In this document: positions 11,813 through 20,289 of the stretch, one piece after another | How positions within the stretch are numbered: position 1 is the first letter of the stretch | How the letters are laid out: each line of letters begins with the position of its first letter | IMG/VR virus record: IMGVR_UViG_3300043449_002563 | Span: 5,492-69,491 of that record | Length of the DNA stretch: 64,000 nucleotides | From: a virus | Reading direction: 5' to 3' (one strand) | Translations under genes and position numbers: made by a program | The notes under the pieces: model-generated | Database searches by the model: none | The model's input: the letters and a program-made list of their open reading frames with translations, nothing else | Told to the model about the DNA's origin: nothing

Positions 11813-12652
11813 ATGAAGATTGTTGTGGCAAATGTCGATTATAATCGTCTCCGCAGGTCAAATGATCTGGCATGGAAATGGTTTGACCGCACTAAACTTC
11901 ACAAGAATAAATACATTAATTGGGTGCTTAATCTTAAGAAGAACCCACAGGAGTTCAAGGATACATTATCGCCGTCCATGAAGAGTGCATTTAGTAAAGA
12001 TTTAAAAGAATTATTTTACGCTGCCGAAATAGAAGATGCTCTTGTTTCTCAATATGTTCCTTTGGTACATCACATTCTCAAAAAGGTTTCATACAGACAA
12101 ACTCACGAAGATGAATTATTATCCATTGGTTTTATTGCTATAAGGAATGCCGTCTGGCAATACAGAAATGTAGGGGTTAAATGCGGATTCACAACGTATT
12201 GTCATAGTTCTGTGTATATGCGAATAACTGGGGAAATTAGCAAGCTTAAAACCATATTTCGTCGTAGGGCCAAAAAATGTACTATGACCCTATATTCAGA
12301 TATCAATAATGATATAAAGTTTAATGACATAGCTGTCTGTTCAGATGAAGACCGAAACTCTGAAACAGCGGAAATTTTAAATAAAACTATCGAATTGATG
12401 AATTTGAAAAGTGAAGAAAAGTATTTGTTTAATTTATTGATTAATCGTGCTGGGGCGATAAGGGGACAAGAAGTATGGTACCAGCCGTATTTAAATAATT
12501 GTAAAAAAAGCTTTCCTAATGGAAAACTAACCAAAGAGGCTGTGCGTCTCAGGGTTTTAAAGTTGCAAAAGAATTTCTGGATCAATTGGCATATTGCTCA
12601 AGGACTTGATGTTCCTGTAATGCCAAAACCCAAAATGGCAGTTGCCATATAA
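11813..12652 (+). CDS. Phage sigma70-family sigma factor (divergent)
   Basis: Region-2-like YVPLVHHIL...DELLSIGFIAIRNAVWQY...FTTY; region-4-like LTKEAVRLRVLKL. Confidence 0.7.
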   Translation: MKIVVANVDYNRLRRSNDLAWKWFDRTKLHKNKYINWVLNLKKNPQEFKDTLSPSMKSAFSKDLKELFYAAEIEDALVSQYVPLVHHILKKVSYRQTHEDELLSIGFIAIRNAVWQYRNVGVKCGFTTYCHSSVYMRITGEISKLKTIFRRRAKKCTMTLYSDINNDIKFNDIAVCSDEDRNSETAEILNKTIELMNLKSEEKYLFNLLINRAGAIRGQEVWYQPYLNNCKKSFPNGKLTKEAVRLRVLKLQKNFWINWHIAQGLDVPVMPKPKMAVAI

Positions 12653-12658
12653 TAATAT

Positions 12659-12766
12659 ATGGCATATGAATATCAAACAATCATAACCGTACCCGACACG
12701 GACACGAATTACAGTAAGCCTATAGAGGTTAACAACCTACCTAGGGGTATTACTTTTTCGTTTTGA
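12659..12766 (+). CDS. Possible 35-aa microprotein (MAYEYQTIITVPDTD...)
   Basis: Fills the intergenic gap; TATAAT-like motif a few nt before the ATG; below the ORF-track cutoff. Confidence 0.35.
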   Translation: MAYEYQTIITVPDTDTNYSKPIEVNNLPRGITFSF

Positions 12767-12778
12767 TGAGGGTTAAAA

Positions 12779-13363
12779 ATGGTTAGTGATAAATTTATAA
12801 AAAAGTATCTTAGGCTAGCTAAATTTATAGCCGAAGACCAAAATCCGTGCTACTCTAGGCACGTTGGTGCTGTTATTGTTGATCCAGTAATCAACAAGGT
12901 GGTTGGTACTGGCTACAATGGACCTCCTAAAAGTGTGCCGCATTGTGATAGCAAGGAGCACTTGGAGAATGTTGTATGGCCGCAACTGTCTCAATTTGAA
13001 AGAGATTTTATAGAATTAAAACCTATAACACGTGAAGAGTTTTGTGAAAAATGGGCAGGCTGCAAAGTATGTCCAAGAAAGTTAATAAAGGCGGAAGCTG
13101 GCAAAAGACTTGAGCTTTGCTCATGCGCTCATGCCGAGGCTAATGCAATTGTTAATGCCAGTCAAAATCTTACTGGTTGTTTCATATTTTGTTGGTGTCC
13201 TTTGCCATGTGTTGAGTGTACCAAATTGATCATAAATGCCGGAATTACAAGGGTTTACTGTTATAAAGAAGCCGTTGATTATTCGGTAGGCAGCCGATTT
13301 TTGTTTAAAGAGGCTTGCGTGACAATTGAGGAAGTCGAAAAGAATTTTATTGACACGGACTAA
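12779..13363 (+). CDS. dCMP deaminase
   Basis: SRHVGAVIV, TGYNG, HAEANA, PCVEC zinc motifs. Confidence 0.92.
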   Translation: MVSDKFIKKYLRLAKFIAEDQNPCYSRHVGAVIVDPVINKVVGTGYNGPPKSVPHCDSKEHLENVVWPQLSQFERDFIELKPITREEFCEKWAGCKVCPRKLIKAEAGKRLELCSCAHAEANAIVNASQNLTGCFIFCWCPLPCVECTKLIINAGITRVYCYKEAVDYSVGSRFLFKEACVTIEEVEKNFIDTD

Positions 13364-13371
13364 TTTAAATT

Positions 13372-14130
13372 ATGGGATACGAAGTTTCATTTTCCTATTA
13401 TGAAAAATTGAAAGAATCCTTCGATTACGATAGGGAAAATTTACTCAATTTTAAAAAGGTTTATGGCAAAGCTACTGAGGATTATCCTTTAGAAAAGCTG
13501 TGTCAGGCCTTAATGCAGCAGCTTGCACGTCGTGACATACTTATTGTCGATTGGGAAATTTACGAGTTTGTACGCAAGAAGGTTACTTCACGGCTAACCA
13601 AATCTGATTTAATCATCAAGAATAAAAAATTTAGTCTCAAAAATAATGTTGTGGAAAGTCTTGATGATTACGAAGAAGAAGATACTGCGTTATGTTGTCC
13701 TGTACAAAAACCAGCACCACCGCCAGTAAGCAGTTCTCCTGCTGTAATCCACTCTGCGCCAGCAGTAAATATAGCTGCGCCTAATCGTCCGATTAACTTG
13801 GCTGCTCCTGTGAGACAGTCAGATAAGATAGTGAAATACATGCAGTTTTTGCCAAGTAAAATGTTGCGTCCTATTGGCAAATTTACAATAGAAAAAACGT
13901 ATCCAGTGTTTAGAGAATCTTTAAGTAACACTGGCATAGGCATGATGATTGAAACTCAAGACGATGCGGGCCAAAGAGTTACCGTTCCTGATGAACATTT
14001 TGTGCCAGCTCAAACAAGCTTGTTGGGCGAAGAAGAAGCAAGGTTTAGTCAGACCAGTAATAATTTTGTCAGCGATAAAAATTTAAACTGGAATGGTGTG
14101 ATTAAAGACTCAGTGCCTGCGATCAGGTGA
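13372..14130 (+). CDS. Hypothetical protein (two domains with Pro/Ala linker)
   Basis: 252-aa ORF in operon context. Confidence 0.7.
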   Translation: MGYEVSFSYYEKLKESFDYDRENLLNFKKVYGKATEDYPLEKLCQALMQQLARRDILIVDWEIYEFVRKKVTSRLTKSDLIIKNKKFSLKNNVVESLDDYEEEDTALCCPVQKPAPPPVSSSPAVIHSAPAVNIAAPNRPINLAAPVRQSDKIVKYMQFLPSKMLRPIGKFTIEKTYPVFRESLSNTGIGMMIETQDDAGQRVTVPDEHFVPAQTSLLGEEEARFSQTSNNFVSDKNLNWNGVIKDSVPAIR

Positions 14131-14168
14131 GCAAGATAACAAGAAACAGTTGTTTCAAGGAGTAAAAC

Positions 14169-14651
14169 ATGTCAATTAGAAGAAGCGCCAAACACGTGGC
14201 GAAAAAGAGAGAAAGACAAAAGGAAGTCAAAAAGGCTTTGATTGAAAAAAGACTTAATGATCGCAAGCAAAAGCGTTTAGATTGGGAAAGAGAAAAGGCT
14301 TTTGAAAGAGAATTTAACGAGAAAAATAAGATTGGTTTGAGTCAGCAAGAGGTTAATGAAAAACTTGCGCACAATATGGAATTGTTGACTGCGTTAGAGA
14401 ATGAATTAATTGAGGAAGAAAAGAATAGATCCACTGGAGAAACAAGCGAAAAAGCTCTGGCGCAGTTACAAGCAATTGAAGAATTTGGAAAAATTCAGGG
14501 CGACATAATTGCCTTGGAACAGGAAAAAGCAAATCTTATCAAAGAAGAAAAATTTACTCCTGAAAAAGCAGAAGAACATGCAGCTAAACTTGACGAACTA
14601 AATAAAAAAGTTGACCTACTGCAAAAGGTAAGAGAACAGAACGCTTTGTAA
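14169..14651 (+). CDS. Hypothetical coiled-coil protein
   Basis: AAGGAG SD; highly charged helical sequence. Confidence 0.75.
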   Translation: MSIRRSAKHVAKKRERQKEVKKALIEKRLNDRKQKRLDWEREKAFEREFNEKNKIGLSQQEVNEKLAHNMELLTALENELIEEEKNRSTGETSEKALAQLQAIEEFGKIQGDIIALEQEKANLIKEEKFTPEKAEEHAAKLDELNKKVDLLQKVREQNAL

Positions 14652-14652
14652 T

Positions 14653-14681
14653 TTGTCTAGAAATTGCAGTGCTCTTAAAAT
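14653..14681 (+). promoter_or_regulatory. Sigma70-like promoter for SSB gene
   Basis: TTGTCT-17nt-TAAAAT. Confidence 0.5.
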
Positions 14682-14682
14682 G

Positions 14683-14719
14683 ACTTGTAAGGTTCGAAAG
14701 CCTTACAAGTTTCTTTTTT
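14683..14719 (+). terminator. Intrinsic terminator-like hairpin
   Basis: ACTTGTAAGG/CCTTACAAGT 10-bp stem followed by a T-rich tract. Confidence 0.7.
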
Positions 14720-14740
14720 ACATTTAACCACGAGGATAAC

Positions 14741-15703
14741 ATGAGTTACGAATTTCAAGACATCAACATGAACGAAATCAACCAAGAAGCTGCGGCTATT
14801 AACAAAGATTCCACCATTATGGATATGTTTGTTAAGATGCCAGAGAAGGACGGGTTCGTCCTTTTGAGGTTCTTGCCTCCTATGAAGGACAAGCCTTTAT
14901 TTTCCGTCACCAGAATTCATCGTTTGGGCAATAGAAGCTTTCATTGCACCCGTCAAAGAAAGCATTTCCCGAATGGCATTTACTGGGTGAATGCGACCAA
15001 TAATCCCGCTGACGATTGCCCAATCTGTCAGGAATACAGCCGATTATGGAAGGTTAGCAATTCGCAGACTGGCGATCAGCAGGCTAGAACTCAGGCTCAA
15101 GCCAGAGAGATCAAGCCCATTGAACGCTATTACTGGAATGTGATAGTTCGCCAGCAGATCAATGCAAGGAACGGGCAGATTGAAAAGAACGTTGGTCCCA
15201 AGATTTTGAGCTGTGGTAAAACCCTACAGAGCATCATTCTTGAGTCGATCAATGGCAGCGAACTGACTGGCCGTCCTCGTCTAGGCAACATTACTCACCC
15301 CGTCTCTGGCAGGGACTTCAGGATCATCAAAAAGATCACGAAGGGTAGTGGTGGCAGCGAGTATCCCAAGTACGACCAGTCCCGTTTTGAAGACCCATCA
15401 CAATTGGGAGATGACGAGCAGATCAAACAATGGCTCGCAGCCCTGCATGATCTGGAGGCTTTGAAACAATACAGGGACCGTAACGAGCTTGCCGAAGCTA
15501 TGCGTGAGCATTTCGAAGGCAAAGGTGTTTCTTCAACTAACTCTTGGGAAACCAAGGCTGGTGTGAAAGCACCAACGCAGCCTCCTGTGGAGGAAGCGGC
15601 TACTGCAAAGGCAGCAACTGCTCCTTCAGTTCCGCCGACAGATGATATCGATAGCGTGATGGACGATGAGTTCAGCGCCGCTATCAGTCGTATTAGCGGC
15701 TAA
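14741..15703 (+). CDS. T4 gp32-like single-stranded DNA-binding protein
   Basis: LRFLPP, CPIC, RYYWNVIVR, GRDFRI, YPKYDQSRF, acidic C-terminal tail. Confidence 0.85.
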   Translation: MSYEFQDINMNEINQEAAAINKDSTIMDMFVKMPEKDGFVLLRFLPPMKDKPLFSVTRIHRLGNRSFHCTRQRKHFPNGIYWVNATNNPADDCPICQEYSRLWKVSNSQTGDQQARTQAQAREIKPIERYYWNVIVRQQINARNGQIEKNVGPKILSCGKTLQSIILESINGSELTGRPRLGNITHPVSGRDFRIIKKITKGSGGSEYPKYDQSRFEDPSQLGDDEQIKQWLAALHDLEALKQYRDRNELAEAMREHFEGKGVSSTNSWETKAGVKAPTQPPVEEAATAKAATAPSVPPTDDIDSVMDDEFSAAISRISG

Positions 15704-15716
15704 TAACTTCTCTTAG

Positions 15717-15748
15717 GGGGATGGTGCAGAAATGTACCATCCCCTTTT
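15717..15748 (+). terminator. Intrinsic terminator
   Basis: GGGGATGGTGCA-GAAA-TGTACCATCCCC-TTTT. Confidence 0.8.
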
Positions 15749-15777
15749 CTTACACCAACATATACGAGGAGAAAATC

Positions 15778-17001
15778 ATGGGTCGCAAGAAAATTTCTGA
15801 CGGCGGTGACGATATTTTTGCCGAATTGGCCGCTCAAACTGGCGGTGAAGTTGTCGGTGAGAGCGATAAAGCAAGTTCTTATTACATCGACACTGGCAAC
15901 CTTGCTCTCAACTATTGCTGCTCTGGCAGATTTATTACAGGTGGTGTGCCCGGTGGCAGACTAACTGAAATTTATGGACCTAGTGCAAGTAGCAAAAGCT
16001 TGATTGGCACCAATCTTCTTTTTGGTTGCCAGAAGCTTGGTGGAATTCCAATTCTTATTGACAGTGAAAATGCTGTTAACAAAGAATTTATTCAAAAGGC
16101 AAGCCATGCTGATTTGAATAAAATTATCCGTTATACACCTGAGACTTTGGAAGCCTGCTTCCACAAAATGTATGCGGCCATTGAATTTATTCGTAAGAAT
16201 GAAAAGTATAAGGATAAACCTATTGTAATTGTTTACGATAGTATTTCTGTAAGTCCTTGTGCTAGAGAATTCAGGGAAGTTGATCTCCCAGAAGGATACA
16301 GCAAAGAAACCTTCAAAAAAATTGTCGGCGGCAACGAGCAGCCCGGCGAAAGAGCTAAGATTTGCAGTAAAGAGCTTAGAAAACTCAATACTGTAATGGA
16401 AGAAGCTAATGTTAGCGTCGTTATCATGAATCAAATTCGTGATAAAATCGGCGTTATGTATGGCAATCCAGAAACAACCGCTGGTGGCGGAAATGCTTTG
16501 CCTTTCTATGCCAGCTTAAGGTTCCGCACCCAGACTCAAAAGAAAATTGAGGAGAAGGTTGCGGGATTGGCTAAAAAGAAAGCCATAGGAATCAATCTCA
16601 AGATACAGAACAAAAAGAACCGTTCCGTGCGTCCATTTATTGAGATTGAAAACATTCCGCTGTTCTTTGAGGCCGGCATAAATCCTGTAGGAGGCCTTTT
16701 GGGTGCCTTGCTAGATGCTGGCAGACTTGAGGCTGGCGGTGCTGGAAACTTTAAAGTTAAGCCAGATTTTATTGGCAATGGCGAATCGGAGTATAAGTTC
16801 AAGAGCAGTCTTGAGCGTAACGATGTGCCATTACAAGTTCTTTACGACAATCCAAAGCTTATTGATGCATCTTCAACCGAAGATGTAAGAAAGTATTTGG
16901 AGCCATTCCGGTCTGCGATTGAGCTTTCTGACAATCCAGATGTTGAAGCTTTTGACGTTAATGAAGATACCGATCAAGAGCTTGACAGTTTGCTCGGTTG
17001 A
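15778..17001 (+). CDS. recA: RecA/UvsX recombinase
   Basis: IDTGNLALN, GRLTEIYGPSASSKS (variant Walker A), IDSENA, VYDSI, NQIRDKIGVMYGNPETTAGGGNALPFYASLR; ATG 15778 has a GAGGAG SD. Confidence 0.92.
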   Translation: MGRKKISDGGDDIFAELAAQTGGEVVGESDKASSYYIDTGNLALNYCCSGRFITGGVPGGRLTEIYGPSASSKSLIGTNLLFGCQKLGGIPILIDSENAVNKEFIQKASHADLNKIIRYTPETLEACFHKMYAAIEFIRKNEKYKDKPIVIVYDSISVSPCAREFREVDLPEGYSKETFKKIVGGNEQPGERAKICSKELRKLNTVMEEANVSVVIMNQIRDKIGVMYGNPETTAGGGNALPFYASLRFRTQTQKKIEEKVAGLAKKKAIGINLKIQNKKNRSVRPFIEIENIPLFFEAGINPVGGLLGALLDAGRLEAGGAGNFKVKPDFIGNGESEYKFKSSLERNDVPLQVLYDNPKLIDASSTEDVRKYLEPFRSAIELSDNPDVEAFDVNEDTDQELDSLLG

Positions 17002-17025
17002 TGTTAAAACAATTTGGTTGTTTTT

Positions 17026-17052
17026 GGCCCGTCTAACAAACGGGCCTTTTTT
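17026..17052 (+). terminator. Intrinsic terminator
   Basis: GGCCCGT...ACGGGCC followed by T6. Confidence 0.75.
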
Positions 17053-17069
17053 ATGTTTAGGATGAAGTC

Positions 17070-17318
17070 ATGCAGGATAAAAAAGAAAAGTTTTTGGAAC
17101 TGCTAAAAGAAAATTACGACCTCACTTTTGTTGAGGGTAAAAATTTAGATTCATGCAAATTAAAAGATCTAAAATTAGATAGCCTTGATTTTTCTCAAAT
17201 GGTTTATGATATAGAAACCATTTACAATTATAGGTTTTCAAAAGCTGAACAGGATGACCTAGCAGATATGACTTTTGCTCAGCTTCTTAACTTTTTGGAA
17301 ACTGTTTGCACTTCATAA
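17070..17318 (+). CDS. Acyl carrier protein-like
   Basis: 82-aa acidic protein with LKDLKLDSLDFSQMVYDIE (DSL phosphopantetheine site). Confidence 0.75.
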   Translation: MQDKKEKFLELLKENYDLTFVEGKNLDSCKLKDLKLDSLDFSQMVYDIETIYNYRFSKAEQDDLADMTFAQLLNFLETVCTS

Positions 17319-17770
17319 AATCCGTTTTTGATTTTTTTAACATGCACGCCTTTTTGTCCCAAATCATGACGCACTTGTGTGAAATGATTTGATAAGGCGC
17401 TGGTGCTTATATTTTCTTTTTCAAATTTTTTCTGTATTTCTTGAAAGGTGACAGTGCCTTTTTTGGCAATAAATGCAGCCATTTTATCTCTGATTTGATG
17501 TGCTTTGCTGGTTATTATTTTTCTGGTGTCCCTTTTTGATCCAATATTCTTTTTGATTATCTTATACTGTTCGGGAGATTTATAAGTCTGATCACAAAAG
17601 TATTTGGCCACTTTTTCAAGCCCAACTATATTGGTGCTGTCAGTTTTAGCGTAATGAAGTTTCAAATTAAAATTTTTTGCAAATTCCAAAATGTAATTTA
17701 GGTTTTTTTTGTTCGTGAATATAAGCCTGTTGTTATCACATTCTATCATTATACAAACTTGTTTTTGCAT
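17279..17770 (-). CDS. Hypothetical protein with possible C-terminal winged-helix
   Basis: VTFQEIQKKF...ISTSALSNHFTQVR...KIKNGFYEV pattern. Confidence 0.6.
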   Translation of the reverse strand: MQKQVCIMIECDNNRLIFTNKKNLNYILEFAKNFNLKLHYAKTDSTNIVGLEKVAKYFCDQTYKSPEQYKIIKKNIGSKRDTRKIITSKAHQIRDKMAAFIAKKGTVTFQEIQKKFEKENISTSALSNHFTQVRHDLGQKGVHVKKIKNGFYEVQTVSKKLRS

Positions 17771-17822
17771 TGATTTTATACCTATAATTCATGTGCTTTA
17801 TTATATTATACGGTAGTTCAAA

Positions 17823-18767
17823 ATGACAGCAACGTACCGAAATACATCTAGAAGGATTGGCGTTGAAATGGAATACAACGCCATGGATGGGGAAAATAGA
17901 TCTAGGGGTGAAAATGATTTGCCTGTAGGAATATATGATTTTGCTAACATAATAAAAAACACAATTTTAAAATGTGTTGATGTTACTAAATGGCAATACA
18001 CAAATAACAATTACCGCTGGGCAGTAAAACCCGATTCGAGTTGCGGAGTAGAGGTGTGTTCTCCGCCTAGAGTTGCTAATTTAGCAATTGAAGACATATC
18101 CAAGGTAGTTGAAAGCCTGACTTCTAGTGGCATAGTTAAATCTGATTTCAGATGTAGTTTTCATGTACATGTAGAAATAGCGGATCTGACAGAAAGCCAA
18201 ATTGTTTTGCTTATCAAAAAATGGGTAGCAGCAGAATTATTTTTCTTTATGTTAACAAATCCTACTAGATGGCTTAATCAGTATTGTATGCCGGTTGGTT
18301 TTTTTTGCGAATTTGACACGCAACAGACGTATTTTTATAGCAACATTTTGCATAAATTCAGTGAAACTAAATACTATTCAGTAAACCTTTATCATTTCGG
18401 TAAAGGCAAGAAGAAAACAATTGAATTCAGAATAATGGGAAATGAAGCTTGTTTGAGTGGGGAAGATGCAGAAAATTGGTGTAAATTATTGACCTGTTTT
18501 GTTGATAGAGCAAGTAAATTTGCTGGTGTAACTCGTACAACATTTGAATATGACAGCTTTACGGATGTTATAGATTTTCTAAGTTTGGACACGTATTTTG
18601 AGGATGCTTCTGTCATTCAATGGATGATAGAAAAACTCAGTAACACTATTGATAATACAGACTTTGAAGTTTATACTAAGTCCAAGTTTTTTTGGAAGAA
18701 TTTACTTGAGGCCAAGCGAGAGGAAATAATGGAAGTTCTTGCTCGGCTAGAAAGCGTGCTGAAGTGA
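17823..18767 (+). CDS. Putative amidoligase (COOH-NH2 ligase, Amidoligase_2-like)
   Basis: IGVEMEY, WAVKPDSS..VEVCSP, CSFHVHV, KYYSVNL, TIEFR. Confidence 0.8.
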   Translation: MTATYRNTSRRIGVEMEYNAMDGENRSRGENDLPVGIYDFANIIKNTILKCVDVTKWQYTNNNYRWAVKPDSSCGVEVCSPPRVANLAIEDISKVVESLTSSGIVKSDFRCSFHVHVEIADLTESQIVLLIKKWVAAELFFFMLTNPTRWLNQYCMPVGFFCEFDTQQTYFYSNILHKFSETKYYSVNLYHFGKGKKKTIEFRIMGNEACLSGEDAENWCKLLTCFVDRASKFAGVTRTTFEYDSFTDVIDFLSLDTYFEDASVIQWMIEKLSNTIDNTDFEVYTKSKFFWKNLLEAKREEIMEVLARLESVLK

Positions 18768-19195
18768 TAAAAGTTAAAAATTTAAAGCAAGCTACCAAAT
18801 ATTTGTCATTGCTTGTAAAAATCCTGCGTGATTATTCCTATCCTCAGACCCCTGTGGATGTAGAAAATGAATTCTTGCAGTATAAAACTTGGGGTTTTGC
18901 ACTAGACGGTTATGATGTTTGCGTCCATTTCACAGAATTCTGTGTACAGGATGCAATAATCCAAAACTTACAGATATTTCCTAAAAAGTTGTATTCTTTA
19001 CCTTTTCATGTTAATTTCAAAGTTGCAGTTGCTTTTCTGGGCACAAATGATCTAGTTAATTTCACTATGCTGAAAGATGGGCATGTAGTAAGTTGTTGGA
19101 CTAGGCTAAAAAAGCATGGCGAAAGCGGCGCTGTAAGCGTTAAGCAGTCTATACCGATTTCTAATTACATGGGCGTAGAATACGGCGTTTTATAA
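18764..19195 (+). CDS. Hypothetical protein
   Basis: GTGA overlap with upstream stop. Confidence 0.65.
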   Translation: MIKVKNLKQATKYLSLLVKILRDYSYPQTPVDVENEFLQYKTWGFALDGYDVCVHFTEFCVQDAIIQNLQIFPKKLYSLPFHVNFKVAVAFLGTNDLVNFTMLKDGHVVSCWTRLKKHGESGAVSVKQSIPISNYMGVEYGVL

Positions 19196-19255
19196 AATTA
19201 TTTCCGGTGTGTTGACGAATAAATAATAGAGTCCTTTTACACAAGGAGTTCTATT

Positions 19256-19555
19256 ATGAAAGTCAACAAAATTCAATCTCTTCTCATTACCCATTTAACA
19301 AAACACGGAATAATACAATTAAAACTACCTGATAATATGACTATTGAAATAGGGATAACAGCTGAAAAGGAGAATGGCGGCATAGAAAAGATCCAAGACT
19401 ATTGTTGGGTCATTGCAAAAAAAGATAATAAAGCAACTTGTTTGGATTCTTACAACATCGGCATTCGTTTCGATGACGAAGAAAACAATATAGTATTAGA
19501 TGACACTTTTACAGATAGCGATGGCGTACATGTACGCCAACTAAGTGTTGTTTAA
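19256..19555 (+). CDS. Hypothetical protein
   Basis: AAGGAG SD, TAAATA upstream. Confidence 0.7.
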   Translation: MKVNKIQSLLITHLTKHGIIQLKLPDNMTIEIGITAEKENGGIEKIQDYCWVIAKKDNKATCLDSYNIGIRFDDEENNIVLDDTFTDSDGVHVRQLSVV

Positions 19556-19876
19556 GTAAAAATTACCTGTAACTTGTGATACTATAGGTTGCTTTCCAAT
19601 GGCGCATTTAAGCTCTAGTGTGCCCACAGCAGTTCTTTCTTTATATGGAACTTCAAAGCTAAACCACATTAGTAGTTGGTTATCTGCAGTAAAGTCTATT
19701 TTGCTTAGAGTTATCTTTCTAGTATTGAAATTTTTAGTAGCAATTAATGTAGTCCAATTATTTGCATATAATTGTAATGTATTGATTATCAGGGCAGATA
19801 AATCTTTGAAGTCAATATACTTTGTCCAATTTGTAAACAAAGTTTCTTGTAACTTTTCGTATTTCAGGATTTTCAT
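19541..19876 (-). CDS. Hypothetical protein
   Basis: 111-aa ORF filling the gap. Confidence 0.55.
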   Translation of the reverse strand: MKILKYEKLQETLFTNWTKYIDFKDLSALIINTLQLYANNWTTLIATKNFNTRKITLSKIDFTADNQLLMWFSFEVPYKERTAVGTLELKCAIGKQPIVSQVTGNFYLNNT

Positions 19877-19887
19877 AGGAGATTCCT

Positions 19888-20181
19888 GTGGCTACTAGAA
19901 AAAGTGATCAGCTGTTAAAGAATTTTACCAATTCTCTAAGTGATAGTAATCTGCAGTTTTTTACTAGCAGGCTTCACTATCAATATCAAGATGACTTGGC
20001 GGAAATATTTGACAGAGTTGCGGATATGAAATCAAAAAACCAATTAGACAACTGTGATGTTGACTATTGGTTGCTTGGAGCCAAGAGTTCAGCTGATTTT
20101 TATCGTCAGGTCGATCAATTGAGTTCATTTTGCCTTCGTGAATACGAAAGGCGAGGCGGTAATAAGCTGAATCTTGTTTAG
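19888..20181 (+). CDS. Hypothetical protein
   Basis: AGGAG SD before GTG. Confidence 0.65.
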   Translation: MATRKSDQLLKNFTNSLSDSNLQFFTSRLHYQYQDDLAEIFDRVADMKSKNQLDNCDVDYWLLGAKSSADFYRQVDQLSSFCLREYERRGGNKLNLV

Positions 20182-20226
20182 AATCCCACTTACTTTGTTA
20201 GGGGGTGATTAACAATCGGGATTCGG

Positions 20227-20254
20227 ACAGGCCGACATTGTCGGCCTGTTTTTT
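20227..20254 (+). terminator. Intrinsic terminator
   Basis: ACAGGCCGACA/TGTCGGCCTGT inverted repeat plus T tract. Confidence 0.75.
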
Positions 20255-20255
20255 A

Positions 20256-20284
20256 TTGTATTTGCAGTGTTTTTATGCTAGAAT
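20256..20284 (+). promoter_or_regulatory. Sigma70-like promoter giving a leaderless transcript
   Basis: TTGTAT-17nt-TAGAAT with extended TGn; ATG 5 nt after the -10. Confidence 0.55.
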
Positions 20285-20289
20285 GAGGC

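Noticed and set aside
15721-15777. Upstream ATG for recA
   Set aside because: Lies inside the terminator hairpin; ATG 15778 has a GAGGAG SD
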